Positions 1 through 8,652 of a stretch of DNA of 64,000 nt are shown piece after piece. The stretch comes from Bacteroidota bacterium (GTDB lineage Bacteria > Bacteroidota > Bacteroidia > Bacteroidales > Paludibacteraceae): contig JAUZOM010000001.1 of assembly GCA_030706465.1 (NCBI GenBank), positions 1,288 through 65,287 on the forward strand, given 5' to 3'. How positions within the stretch are numbered: position 1 is the first letter of the stretch; each line of letters begins with the position of its first letter. A program made the position numbers and the translations under genes. The notes below the pieces were generated by a model. That model was not told the origin of the DNA and ran no database searches. It saw only the letters and a program-made list of their open reading frames with translations.

Positions 1-1486
1 GGTCACCATCATTATCCACTATTTGGTTGCCATCTATATAGAGCTTACTGCCATCATCCGACCGTGTAAAGAAAGTATAAGTTCCCGCCTTATCAATATT
101 TATAAAACCCTGAAAAACAAGGGCAGTATTCTCACCTATTTTGTTTTCCATCTCATCGGTATTTATTTCCAATGTCTTCCCCTGCAAAATTGGTTTTAAT
201 AAGGAGAAATCAGGTACTTTGGTCAAATTGATGCCCTTATAAAGTTTATATGCCACACCTGTATTTTTTGTAACCAGCTTAACCACCCTGAAATACCCTT
301 TTGAGCAGTCGCTTTTTTTGCCATCGTTACCAAACCAGGTTGCTTTCACGACGCCGGAGGAAGTCATTTCGAACGGATGGATGTAAACTTCGGAATGCAC
401 CGTAGGAACACTGCCATCGGTGGTATAACGGATTTTACCATCGGTACCGGCGCACTCGATGGTTACCAGGGCTTTTTTATGAACGAACAATCCTCCCACT
501 TCGCCATTGGGTTTATGAGGAGATATAAGCGGGATAAGCGTTGAAGGTGCCATACAGGTGCCGATCAGGTGTTGAGGTTCTGCGGAACCTTCGAAAGCAC
601 ATTCCACCGGACGGCCTTCCCAGGCCTGAGGCATTTCGGCCTGAAAAACAAAAGCTGCAGTTGCACCCACATCATAAAGCCTTACCAAAGCAGGTATTTC
701 GTAGCCTTTTTTTACGCTTTTTCCATAAAGAATAAAAGGGACTTCGTTGCCCTGGAGCGTTTCATGCCCGTGGTCTTTCCCCTTTCCACCATGATCGGCA
801 ACAATTATAAAGAGAGTTTCGTCAAAGATTCCGGCTTCCTTAGTCGAGTTAACAATCTCACTGGCCAATTGGTCTGCCGATTCCACGGCCCGGATATATT
901 TTGGAGTCATATGCCCGAAAACGTGCCCTGCATGGTCGCATTGATCGAAATGAATAAATAAAAAGTTGGGTTTTTCTTTTTTAATCACCTCAATGACCTT
1001 ATCGGTTGTAGCGCGCTCGTCTTTACAAGTAGCATCGATATCCACAAAATGATGGTCGTACAAATATCCAAAACCTTCCCATTGGTGGATAGATGCCGTT
1101 TTTAACGTGGGGTCGGATCTTTTCAGGACATAAAAAATGTCTGGATAACGGGAATTTTCGGTAGTTACTGCCGGTGGAAGACTGTAGTTGTCGTTCCGCC
1201 AATCGTTGCTTGTAACCCCGGTCAATGCCACTCCGGAACTTGTCAACATGGCTTCCCAGTTAGGCGCACTAATGGTAGGCAATACATTACGTGTGCGTAA
1301 CGAATAAGCACCGTTTCTCATGTATTCGTGGAAATGAGGGGTATTGGCTTGCTTGATCCCACCTACCGACATGGCATCGACACCAATCACGATCACATGT
1401 TTTATATTGCCGGTTGCCAGGGTGGCGTTCGGAAACAAACAACTAAGAAAGAATAGGAGCAAGAAAGATATAAGCTTATTTTTCAT
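1..1486 (-). CDS. Secreted alkaline-phosphatase-superfamily phosphodiesterase (type I phosphodiesterase / nucleotide pyrophosphatase-like) with chitobiase/Fn3-like and PA14-like C-terminal domains. The 3' end runs off the window.
   Basis: Absent from the supplied ORF track because the frame is open to the window edge. My translation from the ATG at complement 1486-1484 gives MKNKLISFLLLFFLSCLFPNATLATGNIKHVIVIGVDAMSVGG. It also contains PTISAPNW (nucleophile-Thr region), FIHFDQCDHAGHVFG and IIVADHGGKGKDHG (metal-ligand motifs). Downstream come VTIECAGTDGKIRYTTDGSVP (CHB_HEX_C-like) and FTRSDDGSKLYIDGNQIVDNDGD (PA14-like). Confidence 0.8.
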   Translation of the reverse strand, partial: MKNKLISFLLLFFLSCLFPNATLATGNIKHVIVIGVDAMSVGGIKQANTPHFHEYMRNGAYSLRTRNVLPTISAPNWEAMLTSSGVALTGVTSNDWRNDNYSLPPAVTTENSRYPDIFYVLKRSDPTLKTASIHQWEGFGYLYDHHFVDIDATCKDERATTDKVIEVIKKEKPNFLFIHFDQCDHAGHVFGHMTPKYIRAVESADQLASEIVNSTKEAGIFDETLFIIVADHGGKGKDHGHETLQGNEVPFILYGKSVKKGYEIPALVRLYDVGATAAFVFQAEMPQAWEGRPVECAFEGSAEPQHLIGTCMAPSTLIPLISPHKPNGEVGGLFVHKKALVTIECAGTDGKIRYTTDGSVPTVHSEVYIHPFEMTSSGVVKATWFGNDGKKSDCSKGYFRVVKLVTKNTGVAYKLYKGINLTKVPDFSLLKPILQGKTLEINTDEMENKIGENTALVFQGFINIDKAGTYTFFTRSDDGSKLYIDGNQIVDNDGD

Positions 1487-1597
1487 ACATTTAAATTTTA
1501 GAGACAAGAACAGAGACATTCTTAACTATGCCGTTATGTATCCTAAATCTTGTACAGGGAGGGGGACAATTTATTTTTCAAAATTCATTTACTATGT

Positions 1598-2923
1598 TTA
1601 CTTATCAGACTTCATCTTTGCCAGTGTATCTTCATACACTTTTGAGTCTGCTTTCACGTCTTTAGCGATTCTTATAGCCTCGGTCTCGTTGGTTATAGCT
1701 TCTTCTTTGTGACCCAATTTATAAAGTAAATTAGCATAAGTGTCTATAAACATGTGATTATCCGGATATATCTCTAACGAGCGTTTTGACCAATATAATG
1801 CGTCTTCGAGTACTTTTACATCGGTTACTTTCTCAAAAAATTCCCATGCTATATTATTTAAAGCTTCACTGTATTTATTACGTGAGGCATGTGTAAGGTA
1901 GTCTTTGAGTTGCGCCAACTGAGTTGAATCTACTTTTCCAACAAGTTGAGATTTTATTAATTCAAATTGTTCTAAAGCTTTCTTATCAATTTTTGCAACA
2001 GAATCGGGTGAAATTGTCATCAACGAAGTATTGCTATAAATTGTAGCATAATTTACATATTTAGCAAAATCGTTCGTTTGCTTGTAATAATTCATGTAAA
2101 GCTCTTCTTTTGTTTTAGACTGTGGAGTTTTGGGCAATCTCTCGTTGGCAGCTACCACCTGTTGGAGCAATTGTTCATCCTTAGTTTCGGAAGCTAATTT
2201 AAATGAGTTAGAAATAGCGCTAGCTAGATATGTATAAACGAATCCTCCCAATTTTGGAAAAAACAGGATAGCATTGTCTTGTAGATTTTTGTAAGCCAAA
2301 GAGTTTATTTTTATATTTGAGCTTCCTCTCTGGTAAAATTGAATGATTTTGTCAGATGCACGTTGATCATTAGGCAGCAATGCCAGATATTCATCAAAAA
2401 GTGAGGTAACCGATTTCCCTAATCTTAACCGTTTATCGATATAATCCGACATAAATGCCGGATCGTTTTTTTTCTGTGGATATTCTTTTTCCCATTCCGA
2501 AAGTGGTTTCGGATCATTTAAATCAATAAAGGCATTTTTTGATATGTCAATAAATTTTTCCGCCTCCATGTATCCTCCAGATCTTGAAAAGAGTGTTCCA
2601 TCGGCAGCAATGAAGAGATAGGTTGGATAAGAAGTAACATTGTATTTTTTTGCAATTTCAATACCTTCCCCCTTTTCCGCATCAATCTGATAACACACAA
2701 AGCCTGTATTATACGCTTTTCCTACTTCAGCAAGAGAAAAAATGTCTTTACTCATTTTTTTGCAGGGTCCACACCAAGAGGTATATACATCCACAAAAAT
2801 AGGTTTTTGGGTCTGTTTTGCCTTTTCGAGTACTTTTTCCCAGGTGCCGTGTTCAAATTCAATTCCTTGGGAAAATCCCATTAGTGAAAGGAATAATGCA
2901 AAAATAATAACTAGTGGTTTCAT
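1598..2923 (-). CDS. Secreted thioredoxin-fold protein with a C-terminal TPR-like helical region
   Basis: 441-aa ORF. Signal peptide MKPLVIIFALFLSLMGFSQ. Thioredoxin active site VDVYTSWCGPCKKM. C-terminal helical repeats (ALYWSKRSLEIYPDNHMFIDTYANLLYKLGHKEEA). Confidence 0.8.
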   Translation of the reverse strand: MKPLVIIFALFLSLMGFSQGIEFEHGTWEKVLEKAKQTQKPIFVDVYTSWCGPCKKMSKDIFSLAEVGKAYNTGFVCYQIDAEKGEGIEIAKKYNVTSYPTYLFIAADGTLFSRSGGYMEAEKFIDISKNAFIDLNDPKPLSEWEKEYPQKKNDPAFMSDYIDKRLRLGKSVTSLFDEYLALLPNDQRASDKIIQFYQRGSSNIKINSLAYKNLQDNAILFFPKLGGFVYTYLASAISNSFKLASETKDEQLLQQVVAANERLPKTPQSKTKEELYMNYYKQTNDFAKYVNYATIYSNTSLMTISPDSVAKIDKKALEQFELIKSQLVGKVDSTQLAQLKDYLTHASRNKYSEALNNIAWEFFEKVTDVKVLEDALYWSKRSLEIYPDNHMFIDTYANLLYKLGHKEEAITNETEAIRIAKDVKADSKVYEDTLAKMKSDK

Positions 2924-2938
2924 GTGATTTCTTTTTAT

Positions 2939-3961
2939 TTAAAATGTCGGTGCACTCAACATGGGGATGGCATCGGGGTACGTAAATTCATGCAATAAAG
3001 CCCCGCCTTTTAATCGAACCCAAGACTTGAATTTTCGTTGCCCTTGTTGCAGTACAATTACCCTGGCTCCGTTTTCGTAATGCGTGTACGTGTTATTGCT
3101 TCCGGTAAAGCGGCCATAGCCCAGGTAAATTCCAAATTTATTGAAAACAAAATCATTATCATGATCGTGTCCGGCAAAACAGCCCATCACATCACCACAT
3201 TTTACCATGGCAGCAAACATGCCTGTGTTTACCACCGGAGGACAGGGTTTTTCTTTATACATGCCTATATAGGAAGTTGATTTATCGCTCAGATCAGCGT
3301 ATTCAAGCAATGGAATGTGAAAGAATGCCAGGGATGGAATGGGATGCTGTTGGTTATTGTTCGTTTGTTCTTTACTGTTCTTCCTGTACCATTCAACCTG
3401 ATCGGAACTAAATCCGGCATAAGCCTTTTTGCCTGCAATGGAATCATAATCATTGCTATCCATGCAGTACAACAAAGCTTCTGTTTTTTGAGAATTGGCA
3501 TTCTTCACTTCTACTAGATAGTTATTTACGCCTTTAATGTGTTTTGCCGGCTTGATATTGTAATAACCGGGAAGTTCTCTTGTCATTTTCCCCAACTCTT
3601 CCCGGCTGATTTTCATATTCGGTTCGGTATCATGATTTCCAAAAAGCATGATGTAAGGAATATGCCGCGTTACGACGGGTTCAACTAAAAGTTGTAATCC
3701 TTCCTTCAAAGGCAAATCGGTGATATTGTCCCCGGTAAAGATTACGAAGTCCGGTTTTTCCAAATCCAATACGGCACGCATTGCTTCAATGGTTTTCATG
3801 GAATTATCGAGCCTTGAGTAACATATATGGGTATCGGTGAATTGAACAATTTTAAATGTTCCTGCCGAATTAAATTTCAGAGGATTTGGATTAGAAGCAA
3901 TACCCAACTGAATAAATACACTGAAAGTAAGAAAAACGATGATTGTACTAAATTTTGCCAT
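2939..3961 (-). CDS. Secreted calcineurin-like metallophosphoesterase
   Basis: 340-aa ORF with a signal peptide. All canonical metallophosphoesterase motifs are present: VQFTDTHI (DxH), FTGDNI (GD), LFGNHD (GNHD), FFHIPL (H), AGHDHDND (GHxH). Confidence 0.85.
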   Translation of the reverse strand: MAKFSTIIVFLTFSVFIQLGIASNPNPLKFNSAGTFKIVQFTDTHICYSRLDNSMKTIEAMRAVLDLEKPDFVIFTGDNITDLPLKEGLQLLVEPVVTRHIPYIMLFGNHDTEPNMKISREELGKMTRELPGYYNIKPAKHIKGVNNYLVEVKNANSQKTEALLYCMDSNDYDSIAGKKAYAGFSSDQVEWYRKNSKEQTNNNQQHPIPSLAFFHIPLLEYADLSDKSTSYIGMYKEKPCPPVVNTGMFAAMVKCGDVMGCFAGHDHDNDFVFNKFGIYLGYGRFTGSNNTYTHYENGARVIVLQQGQRKFKSWVRLKGGALLHEFTYPDAIPMLSAPTF

Positions 3962-4137
3962 TATCTAACTATCTGTTTAATTTTGAATTATTATTTGATT
4001 TTGGGGAACTATTCAGCACTTAACTTACTTTGTTGCAAATCAAATACAGGAACAGTATTTTAATTAAAAATAAGCTGCTGAGTAGTAACGATTTTTGAGA
4101 AAGCGATCAATCCTTAAAAAATACAATTATCATCTCC

Positions 4138-4812
4138 TTAAAAGATCTTACTCAGAATTTTCTGAATAACCAGTTCCATTATCTTATATCCTTGCAAGTT
4201 AGGATGCACTTCATCTCGTTGATATTTAGAGTTCAAGCCTTGCCTATCGTCAACCATTGCCGTATAATAATCAGCATACGCAATTTTATTCTCATAAGCA
4301 TAGTTTTTAATCTTTTCGTTTAATTCCTTGATCTGATTAATGGATTCAACTTCGGCACGCCAGGGAAAGTGATGAGCAGGCAACACGGAGCACAAAACTA
4401 CCTTAATTTTATGTTGCTTTGCCAATTCAGCCATAGATACAATATTCTCGAATATATGTTCGACTGAAATATAGCCATTATTTAATGCAATGTCATTTAC
4501 TCCGGCTAGAATAACAGCTGCTTTGGGTTTTAAACTAATGACATCGGACTGAAACCGAACCAGCATTTGAGAACTAACTTGTCCACTAATACCTCTTCCC
4601 ACATAATTATTATTTGTAAAAAAATCAGGATCGGTACTTACCCAACCCTCTGTAATGGAGTTACCCATAAAAACAACCTTAATCGGTTGTTTTAGCGTTT
4701 TATTTGCTTCGGTATATCTGCCAAAATTGGCCCAGTCTTGTGTGCCTTGTGCATTAATAAGAACACTACAGAAAAGCATTGAAAGAAAAAAAATGATTTT
4801 TGAAAATTTCAT
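4138..4812 (-). CDS. SGNH/GDSL-family esterase (candidate glycan O-acetylesterase)
   Basis: The ORF spans 4138..4854. I place the start at the internal MKFSKIIFFLSMLFCSVLINAQ signal peptide (ATG at complement 4812). Block motifs are FMGNSITEGW (GDS-like block I), GVNDI (block III) and DEVHP (block V). Confidence 0.8.
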   Translation of the reverse strand: MKFSKIIFFLSMLFCSVLINAQGTQDWANFGRYTEANKTLKQPIKVVFMGNSITEGWVSTDPDFFTNNNYVGRGISGQVSSQMLVRFQSDVISLKPKAAVILAGVNDIALNNGYISVEHIFENIVSMAELAKQHKIKVVLCSVLPAHHFPWRAEVESINQIKELNEKIKNYAYENKIAYADYYTAMVDDRQGLNSKYQRDEVHPNLQGYKIMELVIQKILSKIF

Positions 4813-5246
4813 GGATTTAATTTTTAGAACCAAGAACCAAGACATTAGAACCAAGACACAGTCGACAACTATCGGGGCTATTAATCATTGCTTTGTGTGC
4901 TTTGTTTTTATTCTTAGTAATAGGTGAATTAACATGGGAGTTACCCATTAAAATAATGATAAATGATAAAAAAAATGATTAGCAAAAATTTATATCAACT
5001 CAATAGCAATAGCCAAATTACCTTCAACAGATGAACTTAGAAACGCCGGTCCTGCACAAGAAGCTCCGTACACATTAGTAGCCGTAAAAGCTACGGCTAA
5101 TAGAAGAAATGGAATAATTTGTTTTTCATGGAATTAAAAACCTCCCCAAGGCCAAACTTTCCCCTAATCCCCCCTCTCCGATAGCTATCGGGAGAGGAAA
5201 GAAGAAAGGAGAAAATGTGAAGTTAGTTTTAATTATCTTATCTTGT

Positions 5247-8200
5247 TTATTGTAATGTCGACGTTAAAGAAGAAGCTGCCTTCACATCATCGGCATAATT
5301 GTCGGAAAACGTGATGGCGAACATAGCCACCCGGTTATCATCCGGAAGTTGTAGTTGCGTAGCTCCTTGAGGAATATCAAGGCAGATACGGTACATGTAT
5401 GTGAACGTATAAGCTTCATTCCCGTACTTTGAACTATGTCGATGGCTTCCAACATATGCTAATGGAACATCCTTAACAAATGACTTAGTGAAGTCTGTCT
5501 GTCCCCATTGACCATAAAAGCCACTGTAATAAGGGATGTCGCATTTGAATACTTTATTTCCGAATGTAAAATCAGCCTTTATATCCCCAACGGTAGAGGC
5601 TGCCAAAAGGTATACTTTCGTATATTTTCGGTCTTTTGGAATTCCAATCAGGTTATTCTTACATTTCAGCACATTATTTGTTTCCATATCTGCTATTTTG
5701 AAAGGAATTCCCTGGCTAACTAGTTCCCGGCTAATCAACTCTGCGGCATACGAACATCCATCTTTATCAAACTCTCCTGCTTCATTGAAAGCATCATAGG
5801 TAAACGCATTATCGGTATAAGGCAATTCAACAGGAGTATTGTGAATTGGCTGAGAGGTAACGATGTTTTCTTTTAACTGTACCGCAAATGTTTTGGGAGA
5901 AAAAGCGGTTGTTGAAAAAGTCAGCTTGTTTCCTTTAAAAGTTGCTTTTCCAATCTCGTCTTCAACACCATTTGTTTCTGCTGCCGAAACAATTTCAGTT
6001 GGGAATTCAACCGTAACATCTTTTGCCTCTTTTCCTTGTGTTTCGTAGAATCGAAGAATGTATTTATCACCATTTTCAGCCTTCTTCAATGCCTTCAATT
6101 CTATTTGAGGAGTGCTAAGTTTTACAAACGAGAACTCACTACCCAACGAACCTTTATGACGAGGAGTTTCAAACGCTATCAACGGATTATTCAATTCTTC
6201 CGATTTAGAAGGAATAGAAGCAAATTGAGGTTGATTTTCATGTCCTACGATAGAATACGTGAAGGTATGATGCCCGAAATCCTGATGATCCTGATAAGAA
6301 TATCTTCCATCCGTTTTAGGGGTATGCAATAAAGTGAGTCGCAAGGTATTGTCACTTGGTTTATCCCATCCATATTTGCAATCATTCATAACAGATATTC
6401 CATATCCTTCGTCACCTGTAATATCTGCCCATTGTTGAGCATACGTTTCATAAGAGGTTGTTGTGTTATTTCCTCTTTTTATAAAACCTAAACCCAAATC
6501 ATAAGTAGCTTTCGGATTACTAACGGACATTGGAAATTCAGCTTTCAAAAGGGTATTAGTACTTCTCCAGTCAATTTCATTCACAATATCAACCCGATCA
6601 TCGGTAGCTCCATCGGTTAAACGAATATACTGAGTGAACCTGGAATTGCCATACCTGCGTTTAACACACAAAGAAGCACAAGCAGGGCCTTTTTCAGCAA
6701 TAGAAATCGAAACACTATCGGTAATTGGAATAGGGGTCACATCTATGGTTTTTTTATCTATCTCCCAAGCTGGCCATTCATAGGATTCGTTTTTAGTGAA
6801 AAGAGCTAATCGGAAAGCTTGCCCTTTTTTAACCAATTCTTTATTGTTTCGTTTATCCATCAGCGAGGCAATGTCTCCGTTGCTGTTTAATACAATCTTA
6901 TAAATACGGTTTTCCAACGTATTTGCCGTAACTTTCAGTTGACCAGCTTTTTCGCTTTTGCTTGTACGCACATCGTAAACGGCATAGCCAATTGGCGCAA
7001 CTTCGGCACAAAATACAATCTCTGCTTTTCCGTTTTTCTTTCCGATAAGTTGAGCATTTACTTCCTTTCCTTTTGGGTCGAATACATGAATAGCCTGATG
7101 AAGACCAGGAAGAGCAATCTCTGCTTTCACTAATCCTTTGTGGGTGGTGGAAAGCGGATTATATATAACCAAAGGAGTTCCTGTTGTGTTTGTATTCAGT
7201 TCTTTGGCTACCCGTCCGACAGAGGACGTAATCACATCGGCAAAACAAGATTGAGAAATCAGTTCGTCGTTCCAAGAGAAAGTATATGCTTTAGGAATAC
7301 TGGTTCCGGTTAAATCATCATGAAATTGGTGCCAGATAAAGCGCTTCCATGATTCATCAATTTCATCGGAAGGATAAACACTTCCTACAAGACAGTTGGC
7401 TACCACGGCTGCTTTCTCCGATGCAACGGCCAACTGTTCATTTCTACGGTTGAAACGTTTCATGGCAGCTTGAGATGTATAGCAACCTGTACCGTGAATA
7501 TCCATCAACAATTCACCATCAAATACGGGTAATTCAGGGTGATTTTTAAATGGAAGATAATCTTTAAACAACTGATCGGACGTTGCATTAATAATCTCGA
7601 TATTGCCACTGCCTTTAAGTCCTTTTTCTACTGACATTACCGATTTAAGAGTTGGAGACCCACCTTGATCGCCGGTGCCATAGTATTTATAAGCAGTTTT
7701 ATTGGCACTACCATTAGCTAAATCCCTTATCTCATTATCATTGCTAATATCTTCGCCCTCAAATGTGTGAACATAATTTTGTGAATTTAATGATGCCATT
7801 ATCTCCGAGCCATCTAATCCTTTCCATAAACCTATATTGAAAGGGAATTTTGAATTACCATAAAAAGAATTGTGCCTCCATTGTAGCTTTTGAGTAGAAA
7901 ATCCAATGAGTCCGCAATGTGAAGCAATAGTTGGGATGGTGTACCCGAATCCGAAACAATCGGGCAAAAAGATATCTTTTGATTGAACTCCAAATTCTTT
8001 TTTATAAAACTCTTGTCCTAACAGGATATTCCGAAAAAACGATTCCGGGGAAGGCATATTGGCATCGTTTGCATCCCAAGAGCTTCCGCTTACGTGCCAG
8101 CGTCCCTGACGAACATATTCTTTTACTTTTTTAAATTTATCGGGATAATACTCTTTCATCCATTTGTATTTTATACCGCCTTCGAAATTAAATACATAGT

Positions 8201-8405
8201 CTGGATATTTTTCGAATAACAAGAAATTTCGATCCATTGTACGACGTACGAATTGGTTAATGGATGTTTGTACATCCCAGTTCCACTGAGTATCGAAGTG
8301 AGCATTGGATACAAGGTAGGCTTTGTATGGCTTCTGTGCAAAAACCGATAACCCACTTAATGCAAAGGACAGGAAAACTACTTTAATTAATTTATTGCTT
8401 CTCAT
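5247..8405 (-). CDS. GH38 alpha-mannosidase
   Basis: 1052-aa ORF with signal peptide MRSNKLIKVVFLSFALSGLSVFAQ. SNAHFDTQWNWDV (HxD..W metal-site motif of Ams1/MngB-type GH38) and QFHDDLTGTSI are present. Size is typical for the family. Confidence 0.9.
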   Translation of the reverse strand: MRSNKLIKVVFLSFALSGLSVFAQKPYKAYLVSNAHFDTQWNWDVQTSINQFVRRTMDRNFLLFEKYPDYVFNFEGGIKYKWMKEYYPDKFKKVKEYVRQGRWHVSGSSWDANDANMPSPESFFRNILLGQEFYKKEFGVQSKDIFLPDCFGFGYTIPTIASHCGLIGFSTQKLQWRHNSFYGNSKFPFNIGLWKGLDGSEIMASLNSQNYVHTFEGEDISNDNEIRDLANGSANKTAYKYYGTGDQGGSPTLKSVMSVEKGLKGSGNIEIINATSDQLFKDYLPFKNHPELPVFDGELLMDIHGTGCYTSQAAMKRFNRRNEQLAVASEKAAVVANCLVGSVYPSDEIDESWKRFIWHQFHDDLTGTSIPKAYTFSWNDELISQSCFADVITSSVGRVAKELNTNTTGTPLVIYNPLSTTHKGLVKAEIALPGLHQAIHVFDPKGKEVNAQLIGKKNGKAEIVFCAEVAPIGYAVYDVRTSKSEKAGQLKVTANTLENRIYKIVLNSNGDIASLMDKRNNKELVKKGQAFRLALFTKNESYEWPAWEIDKKTIDVTPIPITDSVSISIAEKGPACASLCVKRRYGNSRFTQYIRLTDGATDDRVDIVNEIDWRSTNTLLKAEFPMSVSNPKATYDLGLGFIKRGNNTTTSYETYAQQWADITGDEGYGISVMNDCKYGWDKPSDNTLRLTLLHTPKTDGRYSYQDHQDFGHHTFTYSIVGHENQPQFASIPSKSEELNNPLIAFETPRHKGSLGSEFSFVKLSTPQIELKALKKAENGDKYILRFYETQGKEAKDVTVEFPTEIVSAAETNGVEDEIGKATFKGNKLTFSTTAFSPKTFAVQLKENIVTSQPIHNTPVELPYTDNAFTYDAFNEAGEFDKDGCSYAAELISRELVSQGIPFKIADMETNNVLKCKNNLIGIPKDRKYTKVYLLAASTVGDIKADFTFGNKVFKCDIPYYSGFYGQWGQTDFTKSFVKDVPLAYVGSHRHSSKYGNEAYTFTYMYRICLDIPQGATQLQLPDDNRVAMFAITFSDNYADDVKAASSLTSTLQ

Positions 8406-8539
8406 TTTGTGAAAATATATTTTTATCTTTTTTATTTTGTATTATACCTTATTTCGAAGATTTTTATTGTTTTCTAGACTACACTGTGTTTATTTTTTCC
8501 TTGCTTCGGCACATAAAAAGGGGAGTATAATAACCAACA

Positions 8540-8593
8540 TTCATTGCTGCTCCATTCCAATAATTGGAACTACGGATGGAGATCAGCAATGAA
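8540..8593 (-). terminator. Nested hairpin downstream of the 794-aa gene (candidate intrinsic terminator)
   Basis: ttcattgctg/ctccat (8540-8555) pairs with atggag(at)cagcaatgaa (8576-8593). The loop contains its own palindrome, ttccaataattggaa. Confidence 0.45.
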
Positions 8594-8652
8594 GTCGGCT
8601 AAATATAAGTAATACGATATTACCTATTTGGATTTATTATAATATGAAATAA

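Noticed and set aside
541-961. Plus-strand ORFs 541..735 and 569..961 (64 and 130 aa)
   Set aside because: They lie antisense within the clearly coding minus-strand phosphodiesterase gene (1..1486), whose translation carries AP-superfamily motifs. They are shadow ORFs.
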